The notes under the pieces were generated by a model, which searched no databases, was not told where the DNA came from, and was given only the letters and a program-made list of their open reading frames with translations. A stretch of DNA of 64,000 nt from Bacteroidota bacterium (GTDB taxonomy: Bacteria; Bacteroidota; Bacteroidia; UKL13-3), in NCBI GenBank assembly GCA_046314755.1, contig JBKDBG010000033.1, positions 417 to 64,416 on the forward strand. The letters are read 5' to 3'. Positions 28,323 through 36,828 of the stretch are shown here, piece after piece. Positions within the stretch are counted from its first letter, which is position 1; each line of letters begins with the position of its first letter. The translations under genes and the position numbers were made by a program.

Positions 28323-28550
28323 TTATTCTAAAATTCCTACTACTTCAAATTTATCAAACACAGTGTCACTATGCGGTGCATCCTTAAATTCATCGGTTAA
28401 ATCTTGGCCTGCCCAATGCTCATAATGTTTTCCCTTTCGCCACAGTCTGCTTTTGGTTACATCGTAGATTTTTCCTTTGTAAGCCACCCATACTTCATCC
28501 TTATCTTGTCCATTACGGAGAGCCAACTGTGATTTTGAATATCTTTGCAT
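28323..28550 (-). CDS. Cytochrome b5-like heme/steroid-binding domain protein
   Basis: 75 aa. VAYKGKIYDVTKSRLWRKGKHYEHWAGQDLTDEFKDAPH matches the small bacterial cytochrome-b5-domain family. Confidence 0.7.
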   Translation of the reverse strand: MQRYSKSQLALRNGQDKDEVWVAYKGKIYDVTKSRLWRKGKHYEHWAGQDLTDEFKDAPHSDTVFDKFEVVGILE

Positions 28551-28556
28551 CGTACC

Positions 28557-29552
28557 CTACTGAACAAATTTTTGCTTTACCAAATATTCGGCAATTTGAA
28601 TGGCATTAGTTGCTGCGCCTTTTCTCAGGTTATCGGCAACAATCCATAAATTAAGCCCATTTTCAATGGTTTCATCACGTCTTATGCGTCCCACAAAAAC
28701 CTCGTCATGATCATGTGCATCAATTAATGGCATCGGATAAATTTGTTGGCTGATATCGTCACGAACAACCACGCCCGATGTAGAAGCAATATCCGCTTTC
28801 ACTTGCTCAAGATCAAAAGGCAAATCAAATTCAACATTAACACTTTCGCTATGCCCGCCCATAACAGGTATTCGAACGCAAGTTGAAGTCACCTTGATGG
28901 AATCATCCCCAAATATCTTTTTGGTTTCATGCACCATTTTCATTTCTTCTTTGGTATACGCATTTTCTAAAAAAACATCAATTTGAGGAATCACATTTTT
29001 ATCAATGGGATATTTATAAGCCATTTCACCTTGCACTCCGTTGCGTTCATTTTCCAATTGTTGAACGGCTTTTACGCCTGTACCGGTTACACTTTGATAA
29101 GTAGAAACTACAATGCGCTTAATACGATAATTATAATGTAATTTACTTAGAGCTAAAACCATTTGAATAGTTGAACAGTTGGGATTAGCTATGATATAAT
29201 CTTGGCGAGTAAGGACATTGGCATTAATTTCTGGAACAACAAGTTTTTTACTTGGATCCATGCGCCAAGCAGAAGAGTTGTCAATAACATAAGTACCCAT
29301 TGAAGCAAATGTTTCAGCCCATTGTAATGAAGTACTCCCACCGGCAGAAAACAAAGCAATATGTGGCTTTGAAGCAATGGCATCTTCAATAGAACAAACC
29401 TGGTAAAGATTTCCCTTATAAGTAATTTCTTTCCCAACCGACTTTTCGGAAGCAACCGGAATTAAGGTTGAAACAGGAAAGTTACGCTCTTCAAGCAACT
29501 TAAGCATTACACTACCTACTAAACCGGTAGCTCCAACTACAGCTATTTTCAT
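28557..29552 (-). CDS. asd: Aspartate-semialdehyde dehydrogenase
   Basis: MKIAVVGATGLVG Rossmann start and the active-site motif IANPNCSTI. I trimmed the ORF to the ATG at 29552. Confidence 0.92.
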   Translation of the reverse strand: MKIAVVGATGLVGSVMLKLLEERNFPVSTLIPVASEKSVGKEITYKGNLYQVCSIEDAIASKPHIALFSAGGSTSLQWAETFASMGTYVIDNSSAWRMDPSKKLVVPEINANVLTRQDYIIANPNCSTIQMVLALSKLHYNYRIKRIVVSTYQSVTGTGVKAVQQLENERNGVQGEMAYKYPIDKNVIPQIDVFLENAYTKEEMKMVHETKKIFGDDSIKVTSTCVRIPVMGGHSESVNVEFDLPFDLEQVKADIASTSGVVVRDDISQQIYPMPLIDAHDHDEVFVGRIRRDETIENGLNLWIVADNLRKGAATNAIQIAEYLVKQKFVQ

Positions 29553-29580
29553 TGAGTATGTTTGATAATTGGGCAAAAAT

Positions 29581-29611
29581 AAAACAGCCCGCACAAAGGC
29601 GGGCTGTTTTT
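29581..29611 (-). terminator. Rho-independent terminator after the 1813-aa gene
   Basis: ACAGCCCGC / GCGGGCTGT stem with an A-run and a T-run on either side. Confidence 0.8.
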
Positions 29612-29627
29612 ACAAAATTTATTTTAC

Positions 29628-32600
29628 TTACTCATCATCCCTAATCAAAGTAACTGTACCATTCACAGTTTTTGATTCACCATTAAGTAGTGAGTATTTA
29701 AATACATAGTAATATGTGCCTGCAGGACAAGCGGTACCGTCATTCATGTTGGTACCATCCCAATCTATTGCTGCCGATTTGGTTTCAAACACCTTGGTTC
29801 CCCAGCGGTTGTAAATCACTAAATCATATTCTGCTTCTCCTTGAATTACAATATTGAATACATCATTCTTGTTATCTTTATTAGGAGTGAATACGTTGTA
29901 AATTTCAAGTTGCGTTACAAAACGATAAGAAATGGTATCACAAACTTTATCTAAACAAATTGGCTTAGCCGGATCTGCAGTAAACGCTTCCAAGCAAATT
30001 ATCACATCACCTGTATCTGTGCCGAAATCGTACAACCAATCTCTATCAGATTCCACCTTGTCAACCGTAGCAATAATGGTGTTCGGATCTTTTACTCGCG
30101 CGGCAGTCCAAGTGTATTGTGATGAACTTAATGAGGTATTACGCAAACCGAATTTAGATGAGTTTTTGGCAGAATCAATTTCAAATGATGCATAAGGACG
30201 AACCACCTTAATACCTACTGTATCAAACAAGCGGCAGAACGGTAGACCAGGAGCCACTGTTGTTGGCTCTAATAATACCTTATACATACCCGTATCAGAA
30301 ATGGTTAACGGGAATCGGTTTTCCAAATTAGTTTTCACCACGGTTTGTACAGCACTATTTGTTGCCGAGTCCGCGACTATATATTTAAATTCAGTGTAAC
30401 TGATGGTGTCAGATAGGTTGGTAACATTAAATACTTGGTCCACACAAACGGTTTGTTTATCAAGCCTAATTTCAGCCGGATACGAGCGTTTAACTGTAAT
30501 CTTAATTGGTGCATCAATACCGCCAATTGTATCAGGGAAGTACACAATCTTACAACCTTGGTTATCTGACTGAGGATTATTATCATCACTCTTCGCGAAT
30601 ATGAAGAAAGTACCAGAATCATTATAGGTAAAGCTTAAGGTATCATACCTACCCAAACTTACAGTTTGTTGGTTATTGGCATCACCCCACAAAATAATAG
30701 TTGATTTAGTTGGCGTATCGGCAGCATCTCGTCCACCAAATACGTCAGCATAATTCACCACTTTTACCGTAAACGGACTACATCCAACAGTATCGGTAAT
30801 AACTTTAATAAACGGACGAGGACCACTGATGTATAAATTAGCGAAGCCGGTATCCTTACAACCTTGGTGAGACTCAACCACCAACTTAATGCGGAAGCTT
30901 CCGTTTCCTCTATACAACCATACCGGAGTGTCAATAGCCTGGGCATCGAATCTTAGGGTATCGGTTTTACGCTCACCAAAGAACCAGAAGTTTGTTTTGA
31001 TACTATCATATACGTTTTGAGTAACTCCCGGAACAGGCTTCATAAATGAACCGTCAAAGAAGGTAACAAGGTCACCGCAATTGTATAATCCCGGTTTAAT
31101 CAATGGTTCTGAAACCGGCTCAGTTACATAAACTGTGGCATATGAGGTATCCCAACATCCTAATCTGTCTCTGCTCAACATGGTAACAGTGTATTTACCG
31201 GGATTTTTGTATTTATGCACCGGACGAGTCCACATAGCAGAATCACCATCACCAAAGTACCATTTCATCTTTTCTACGTATGAACCGTCAGGACGGAAAT
31301 CGTTAGGATCGGTTGCTCCTTTTCTCCAATAGTCGGCAGTGTCATAATGATAGCTGTCAAATGGAGGATCAAGAGCAGGGCGTGTAGGATCACTCCAATC
31401 ACGATTAGGATTACCATTTATTGGATCCGATAAACTACAATCAGGACGGAAGTAACGCACTGAATCATAGAAATGAACTTCTTCACCCACACAGAAAATT
31501 TCATCAAACTCCATACGGCTGTTACGTACCATGGCTGAGTCAATGACACCACGAACCAACAACTTACTGTCTTGCGCTTGTTTTTTACACTCTTGGGTAC
31601 TTCCTAATAAGTGACTAACTGCTCTTGGTGCAGCACCCGGACGCTTACAATCATTTTCATATGAACTTGACCAATACTTATGTTGCACCGGCAATAACAT
31701 TCTGGCTTGGTCTTGATAATCGGGAACATAGAATACACTCAAAGTGTCTCTATCTTTCACCCAGAAACTTCTACCACACTCTTGCCAATTGGTTGAGTCA
31801 CCGCTTCTTCCTAAAAACACCAAGGAACCAAATGGATTTGTAGTTGCATTAAACAAGCGGAAAGTGTAATTATCCTTCCAAACGGTATCTACATTAACAC
31901 CCGGTATTCCGTTTGGAAATACAATACTGTCATAAACAATACCGTCTGTCCATTCACCACACGGACCATAATAAATTTGGTAACGAACCCTGCGGAAACC
32001 ATTTACGAAGTATCCATCGTTTTGCTTAGGATTTGCTGCATAAATGAAACTATCAACCGTTACAGAATTATCACCCCATGAAATGGTGCTGTGTTTTAGA
32101 TTTAATTGTGTACTATCGATATAAACGAAGTTCACGATGTCGTTTTTGCAATATAATTTACACGCACCGTTGGTAGGTGCTTTAGTAACTGGGTGGTAGG
32201 TTGGGTCTATAAAAAACCTACCATCTAAATCACCAAAGTATAAGAAGTTGTGGTACCAAATGGTATCAGAAATACATGCATTAGCAGGGTCACCTGAACC
32301 TACAATTAAACCAACGGTTACCCATCCTTCAGGGTTTGCAGGGCGATCAAGCGGCCATCCACTCGCTACGCCCGGACCGTAATGGTACCAGAAACTGGTT
32401 CCAAAAGGATCAGCCCATAAGTTTGGAGGTAAAAATTGTCCAAAGTCTTGACGGTTTGCAAATGGAGGTCGATTTAAACCACCCGGAGTTGTTCCACCGC
32501 CAAATCCCATAAATGCATCTAAAGCACAAGGCGTTTGATCTAAACGATCTGCCATAGAGTCGTGATTGAATAAAATGAACGACTGACCGCAATCAGGATT

Positions 32601-35069
32601 GATACCCGGATAATCTCCTAACCTATCACTAACAGAACTTAACATAAATTGAATACCGGCTCTGTCAGGACTTGAATAAGGACCAGGGCACTCTACTCCT
32701 TTTTTACCCAAACCTCTTGCATCAGGACGCATGAGTTTAAGTTGAACTTGATCATCATGTTCGCAATCAAGTGAATCGAGTTTTTGAATATCGTTTGCAA
32801 CAATATGGCTTTTTGCACCCACATTGTTTAATGAGTCTTTTAAGAATTGACGTACGGTGATACAACGCTGCACACCACGGTTAAACATGTAGCGATAAAA
32901 ACTAGTTGGTTCCGGACTGTTCGGAATTAAACTGTCATAATGGTGTTTTACAAAATCTCCATTAATGGCAGTATACTTTAAGGTCATGGTATCAAACTTA
33001 GGGTCGATGAGTGTACCTCTAGGCACGAAACCATAACCACCTTGTCCCGGAATGGTATTTCCGTAGAAACCAACAAATGGATCAGGAGCACCATTTTGTA
33101 AAATAAATCGGTTGTACGGCTCCAAATCTTGAGGAGCTGGCTGGCCTTGCACGTTACGTGAAGGAATATTATCAATACGTGGCCATAGCACAGTTTGATT
33201 GGTAAACGGATCAGTCCAAGTACCTTGGTTTAAACTCCATAAGCCGGTGTTTGGATCTAGGTAAACCGGTCTATTCCACCATAGAGTATCCCAATTTTGC
33301 ACCCAAATTTTCCTTGGATTAGCAGTTGGAAGCGTGTCGGCAGGTGTTCTTGTGTATTGCTGAGGATTCCAAGGCATAAAATCATGCCCGTATCTGTACC
33401 ATTTGTACACAATATCCCAATCGGTATAATTATGTAATGGAAGCGTATCGTTTGAGAAATTACAATCCAAACGTCTACCCGGAAATCTTTGTCCGTTTTG
33501 TACCCAATAACCGGTACTGTTGTTGTATTGGTCCATAGCAGTTGACCAACCACCCAATGGAGGGAAACCTACATTAGGTACTAAAAATGAAGTACATTGA
33601 GGAGCCACAGGATCACCAAAATCCCATAACCTGAATACGTGTTCCGATCTAAAATATTGACTGGTATTTACAAAGTCAACCGTTTTATAATAACCGCTAG
33701 GTAATGCTGAACATTGGTTTTTATCAGCAGGGTCGAGCGTAATCATGTTTGGTGGATCTTCAATCCTTGCCCTCGGCCCGAGCACATAAATAGAGTCAAA
33801 TAAAGTTTTATTACAAGGAGCAGGTGAAAGGGTTAAGCGAACGCGGTAACCGCCTAAACGTGTAACGAAGGTATGAGGAACTGTCCAGTTGCTGGTGTTA
33901 AAGTTTAATTGCATTGATTGAGGATCATCAAATACCCACAACAATTCTCCATTACCCGGATTTACTAAGTCATTAGGAGTTTGTTTGAAAATTAATGTAG
34001 CATTACCTTCTCTACCCCAGCAAACAGAATCTCTTCTTAATACCGGATCATTTAAGGTAAGCATACTAATGGTGTCAAACTGAATCTTAATATTTTGAGG
34101 CTTGTTACCTGGACTTGTTGATGACATTCTAAAACTGTCGATACAACCTGTTACATCCTCAATAATTAATGCAGGAAGGAATGTTCCGTTTTTAGTGTAT
34201 TTGTGATAGATGGTATCGTAATTGTACTCGTCTCTTGGCAACACAAAAGGAGCACTTCTGGTAACGGTATTTCCATCACCAAAATCCCAAGTGTAACGAC
34301 TTACCTGATTGAAAGGAACCTGACTAATAGTTGTGTTTTTGAACATGTATTGTGAGGTATCACAATTACGCGACCCAAAAACTTGGAAAGAAGGCGTAAT
34401 ATTATTTTTAATGGTGATTAAACCATTGTACGTAACCTCTTTAAAACATCCTTTGTCATCAGTTACTTTTACGGTGATATTATATTGGTTACTGGCTGAA
34501 TAAGTGTGGGCATATTGTTGTCCGTTAGCCGGAGTTGGCTGAACCGTTAAAAAACCATCACCCCAAAGCAATTGTAATTGAGCAATATTGTTGTCTGTTT
34601 TTTGGCTATTGTCAACCAAGGTTACCAAATTGCCTCTGAAACATTGAATAGGACTGCCATTTACCGTAGCAGCAGCAATTGGCAAATTATAAACAATCGT
34701 GTTTAAGGTTATGGATGCTTTTGACCCATTGCTGAGATCTGCCTCTACCTTAATTGTTTTGTTACCTGCTGTAGCGTAAGTGTATCTGAATTGATAATTT
34801 GGGCCTGCACCGGGAACAGTTCCTTCAAACGTACCGTTGTTGTCCATGTCAAACTTCATGGCAGTGGCCGTAACACCACCGGGCAAACCCGAGATGTTGG
34901 CGTCAAGAACCAACTCATCACCCAAACATACATAAGCAGCGCTGGGCGTAACTGCTACCGTTTGCGCATTTGCCTTTAAAAGCGTAAGGCAGCTGAGCAC
35001 AAACATCATTAGATTAATTCGTAAGAGCTTATTCATATATATTATTTTGTTATTTTTCATTTCTTTCAA
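29628..35069 (-). CDS. Giant (1813 aa) cell-surface protein with PKD-like domains and a T9SS type-B (gliding-motility CHU_C) C-terminal domain
   Basis: Signal peptide, PKD signatures (WDFGDGN, WYFGDGDS...KYKNPGKYTVTM) and the C-terminus YNVFTPNKDNKNDVFNI...IYNRWGTKVFE...WDGTNMNDGTACPAGTYYYVF. An alternative start lies at 35036. Confidence 0.9.
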   Translation of the reverse strand: MKEMKNNKIIYMNKLLRINLMMFVLSCLTLLKANAQTVAVTPSAAYVCLGDELVLDANISGLPGGVTATAMKFDMDNNGTFEGTVPGAGPNYQFRYTYATAGNKTIKVEADLSNGSKASITLNTIVYNLPIAAATVNGSPIQCFRGNLVTLVDNSQKTDNNIAQLQLLWGDGFLTVQPTPANGQQYAHTYSASNQYNITVKVTDDKGCFKEVTYNGLITIKNNITPSFQVFGSRNCDTSQYMFKNTTISQVPFNQVSRYTWDFGDGNTVTRSAPFVLPRDEYNYDTIYHKYTKNGTFLPALIIEDVTGCIDSFRMSSTSPGNKPQNIKIQFDTISMLTLNDPVLRRDSVCWGREGNATLIFKQTPNDLVNPGNGELLWVFDDPQSMQLNFNTSNWTVPHTFVTRLGGYRVRLTLSPAPCNKTLFDSIYVLGPRARIEDPPNMITLDPADKNQCSALPSGYYKTVDFVNTSQYFRSEHVFRLWDFGDPVAPQCTSFLVPNVGFPPLGGWSTAMDQYNNSTGYWVQNGQRFPGRRLDCNFSNDTLPLHNYTDWDIVYKWYRYGHDFMPWNPQQYTRTPADTLPTANPRKIWVQNWDTLWWNRPVYLDPNTGLWSLNQGTWTDPFTNQTVLWPRIDNIPSRNVQGQPAPQDLEPYNRFILQNGAPDPFVGFYGNTIPGQGGYGFVPRGTLIDPKFDTMTLKYTAINGDFVKHHYDSLIPNSPEPTSFYRYMFNRGVQRCITVRQFLKDSLNNVGAKSHIVANDIQKLDSLDCEHDDQVQLKLMRPDARGLGKKGVECPGPYSSPDRAGIQFMLSSVSDRLGDYPGINPDCGQSFILFNHDSMADRLDQTPCALDAFMGFGGGTTPGGLNRPPFANRQDFGQFLPPNLWADPFGTSFWYHYGPGVASGWPLDRPANPEGWVTVGLIVGSGDPANACISDTIWYHNFLYFGDLDGRFFIDPTYHPVTKAPTNGACKLYCKNDIVNFVYIDSTQLNLKHSTISWGDNSVTVDSFIYAANPKQNDGYFVNGFRRVRYQIYYGPCGEWTDGIVYDSIVFPNGIPGVNVDTVWKDNYTFRLFNATTNPFGSLVFLGRSGDSTNWQECGRSFWVKDRDTLSVFYVPDYQDQARMLLPVQHKYWSSSYENDCKRPGAAPRAVSHLLGSTQECKKQAQDSKLLVRGVIDSAMVRNSRMEFDEIFCVGEEVHFYDSVRYFRPDCSLSDPINGNPNRDWSDPTRPALDPPFDSYHYDTADYWRKGATDPNDFRPDGSYVEKMKWYFGDGDSAMWTRPVHKYKNPGKYTVTMLSRDRLGCWDTSYATVYVTEPVSEPLIKPGLYNCGDLVTFFDGSFMKPVPGVTQNVYDSIKTNFWFFGERKTDTLRFDAQAIDTPVWLYRGNGSFRIKLVVESHQGCKDTGFANLYISGPRPFIKVITDTVGCSPFTVKVVNYADVFGGRDAADTPTKSTIILWGDANNQQTVSLGRYDTLSFTYNDSGTFFIFAKSDDNNPQSDNQGCKIVYFPDTIGGIDAPIKITVKRSYPAEIRLDKQTVCVDQVFNVTNLSDTISYTEFKYIVADSATNSAVQTVVKTNLENRFPLTISDTGMYKVLLEPTTVAPGLPFCRLFDTVGIKVVRPYASFEIDSAKNSSKFGLRNTSLSSSQYTWTAARVKDPNTIIATVDKVESDRDWLYDFGTDTGDVIICLEAFTADPAKPICLDKVCDTISYRFVTQLEIYNVFTPNKDNKNDVFNIVIQGEAEYDLVIYNRWGTKVFETKSAAIDWDGTNMNDGTACPAGTYYYVFKYSLLNGESKTVNGTVTLIRDDE

Positions 35070-35105
35070 TTCACTAACTTAAGAATTCCACTTGTAAAAC
35101 ACAAT

Positions 35106-36176
35106 TTATTGTTTTAATAACAGTAAACCATTGTAAACCTCAGGCACTTGCATTCCTTTTATTTGGTATTTGAGTGTTACCATATAAATCCCGGGCTCAC
35201 AAGTTGTACCATTGTAAACATTTGTACCATTCCAAAACTTAGTTTTGTTTTTAGTTTCGAATACAATTTTTCCAACTTGGTCGGTAATTTTTAATTCATA
35301 TAAGGTTTCATTGTCTATCGTAATCACAAACTCATCATTGTATCCATCATGATTAAATGGTGTAAATACATTTGGTATTTGCGGTTTACTAAAATCAGCC
35401 TCTGTGTAGGTCTCAAACAACGAATCGATAGGCGACTGTTTACGTTCACCCAAATCGCCCATAACGGCCTTTTGAATAAACGAATCCCCACCATTTTGTT
35501 TATCTAACTCGGCTTGTTGGGTTGGATCATTTTCTTGATTATTCATTTCACTCACATCACTCTTGGCCACAACTATTAATGAATCCGCACTTATTATTTG
35601 TTCTTTGTTGATGTTTGAGGAAACATGAACGTCTTCTGTTGATACCACAACTTGATCCGCAGGAGGAGCTGAGCTTGGAGCAGATTCCGCAGGAGTAATT
35701 TCCTTTATTGAAATATGACCGTCATCAGAAAGTGTATTTTTGGGCTTAGCTGTTTCAATAGAAACAGAACTTTCCTCAATTTGCGGTTCAGTATGAATTA
35801 CAGGTTGTTCTACTTTTTCAAATACTGCTTCATTCACTTGCTCCGACTGAATGGCAGCAATATTTTGTTCAATACTTTGCTCGGTAGCACCAACAATCAC
35901 CAAAGAATCTTTATCTGATGGTTGGCTTACGAATTGATAACCTAACAAAGACACCCCTGTGGTTACGGCAGTAATGATAGCAACTGCAATTTTTGAGGTT
36001 AAAGTAAAAGCTTTTACCGAACCGGTAGCCACCTTAGTTGCAGATGCAGCCGGGTTTATTGCTGGGATTTGATTGATTTGATGGCTGATGGAATTCCATA
36101 ATTCAGCTGGCGGATCTGATTTAAAATCCGACAACTCATTTCTGAGTAATTCATCAACCTTCTTATTTATACTCAT
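35106..36176 (-). CDS. Anti-sigma-factor-like bitopic membrane protein ending in a T9SS type-B C-terminal domain
   Basis: ATGA overlap with the upstream ECF sigma gene. It has a short cytoplasmic N-terminus (PPAELWNSISHQI), a single TM helix (IAVAIITAVTTGVSLLGY) about 60 aa in, an acidic low-complexity linker, and a C-terminal PNVFTPFNHDGYNDEF...FWNGTNVYNGTTCEPGIYMV. Confidence 0.7.
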   Translation of the reverse strand: MSINKKVDELLRNELSDFKSDPPAELWNSISHQINQIPAINPAASATKVATGSVKAFTLTSKIAVAIITAVTTGVSLLGYQFVSQPSDKDSLVIVGATEQSIEQNIAAIQSEQVNEAVFEKVEQPVIHTEPQIEESSVSIETAKPKNTLSDDGHISIKEITPAESAPSSAPPADQVVVSTEDVHVSSNINKEQIISADSLIVVAKSDVSEMNNQENDPTQQAELDKQNGGDSFIQKAVMGDLGERKQSPIDSLFETYTEADFSKPQIPNVFTPFNHDGYNDEFVITIDNETLYELKITDQVGKIVFETKNKTKFWNGTNVYNGTTCEPGIYMVTLKYQIKGMQVPEVYNGLLLLKQ

Positions 36177-36724
36177 GATATCTCTTTTACACTACTTAGT
36201 TTTTTTAATTCTTCCTGAAGGATTACCCTCGCTCTGCTTAACTGTGATTTTGAAGTTCCCTCCGAAATACCCATAATCTCAGCAATTTCAGCGTGAGAAT
36301 AACCTTCTACTATGTACAAATTCAATACTGTTCTGTATCCAGGGGCCATTTGATTCATTATTTGTAAAATTTCCTTTTGTGAAATTTTATCCAATGTATG
36401 ATCATCCACCAATTTATCCTCCGCTCCTTCAGCTCCTGAGTGATACATGTGTACTTTATTTACACGATAGAATTCTAAAGCACAATTAATAAATATACGC
36501 TTCATCCAACCTTCAAAAGAACCATTCCCTTCAAATTGATGCAATTTGGTAAATACCTTGATAAACCCGTCCTGCATGATATCCTTCGCTTCTTCCTTAT
36601 TACTGCTGTACCTGATACAGATACCGTACATTGTTGAAGCAAACTTCTCATACAAGGCTTTTTGAGCCTTACCGTCACCTGCAATACATTTCTGTATTAA
36701 CTCATGCTCCTTATTAATTGCCAC
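36173..36724 (-). CDS. ECF-type RNA polymerase sigma-70 family factor
   Basis: Region 2 (ALYEKFASTMYGICIRYSSNKEEAKDIMQDGFIKVF) and region 4 HTH (YSHAEIAEIMGISEGTSKSQLSRAR). Confidence 0.9.
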   Translation of the reverse strand: MAINKEHELIQKCIAGDGKAQKALYEKFASTMYGICIRYSSNKEEAKDIMQDGFIKVFTKLHQFEGNGSFEGWMKRIFINCALEFYRVNKVHMYHSGAEGAEDKLVDDHTLDKISQKEILQIMNQMAPGYRTVLNLYIVEGYSHAEIAEIMGISEGTSKSQLSRARVILQEELKKLSSVKEIS

Positions 36725-36828
36725 TTTATTGTCGGTTAATTCTTATGATGAATATTTGAGTTGATTGGTTGCAATATATTTTCAATTTTTATTAAAAGTT
36801 TCTTTATGCAACGGAATTTCATCCCCAT

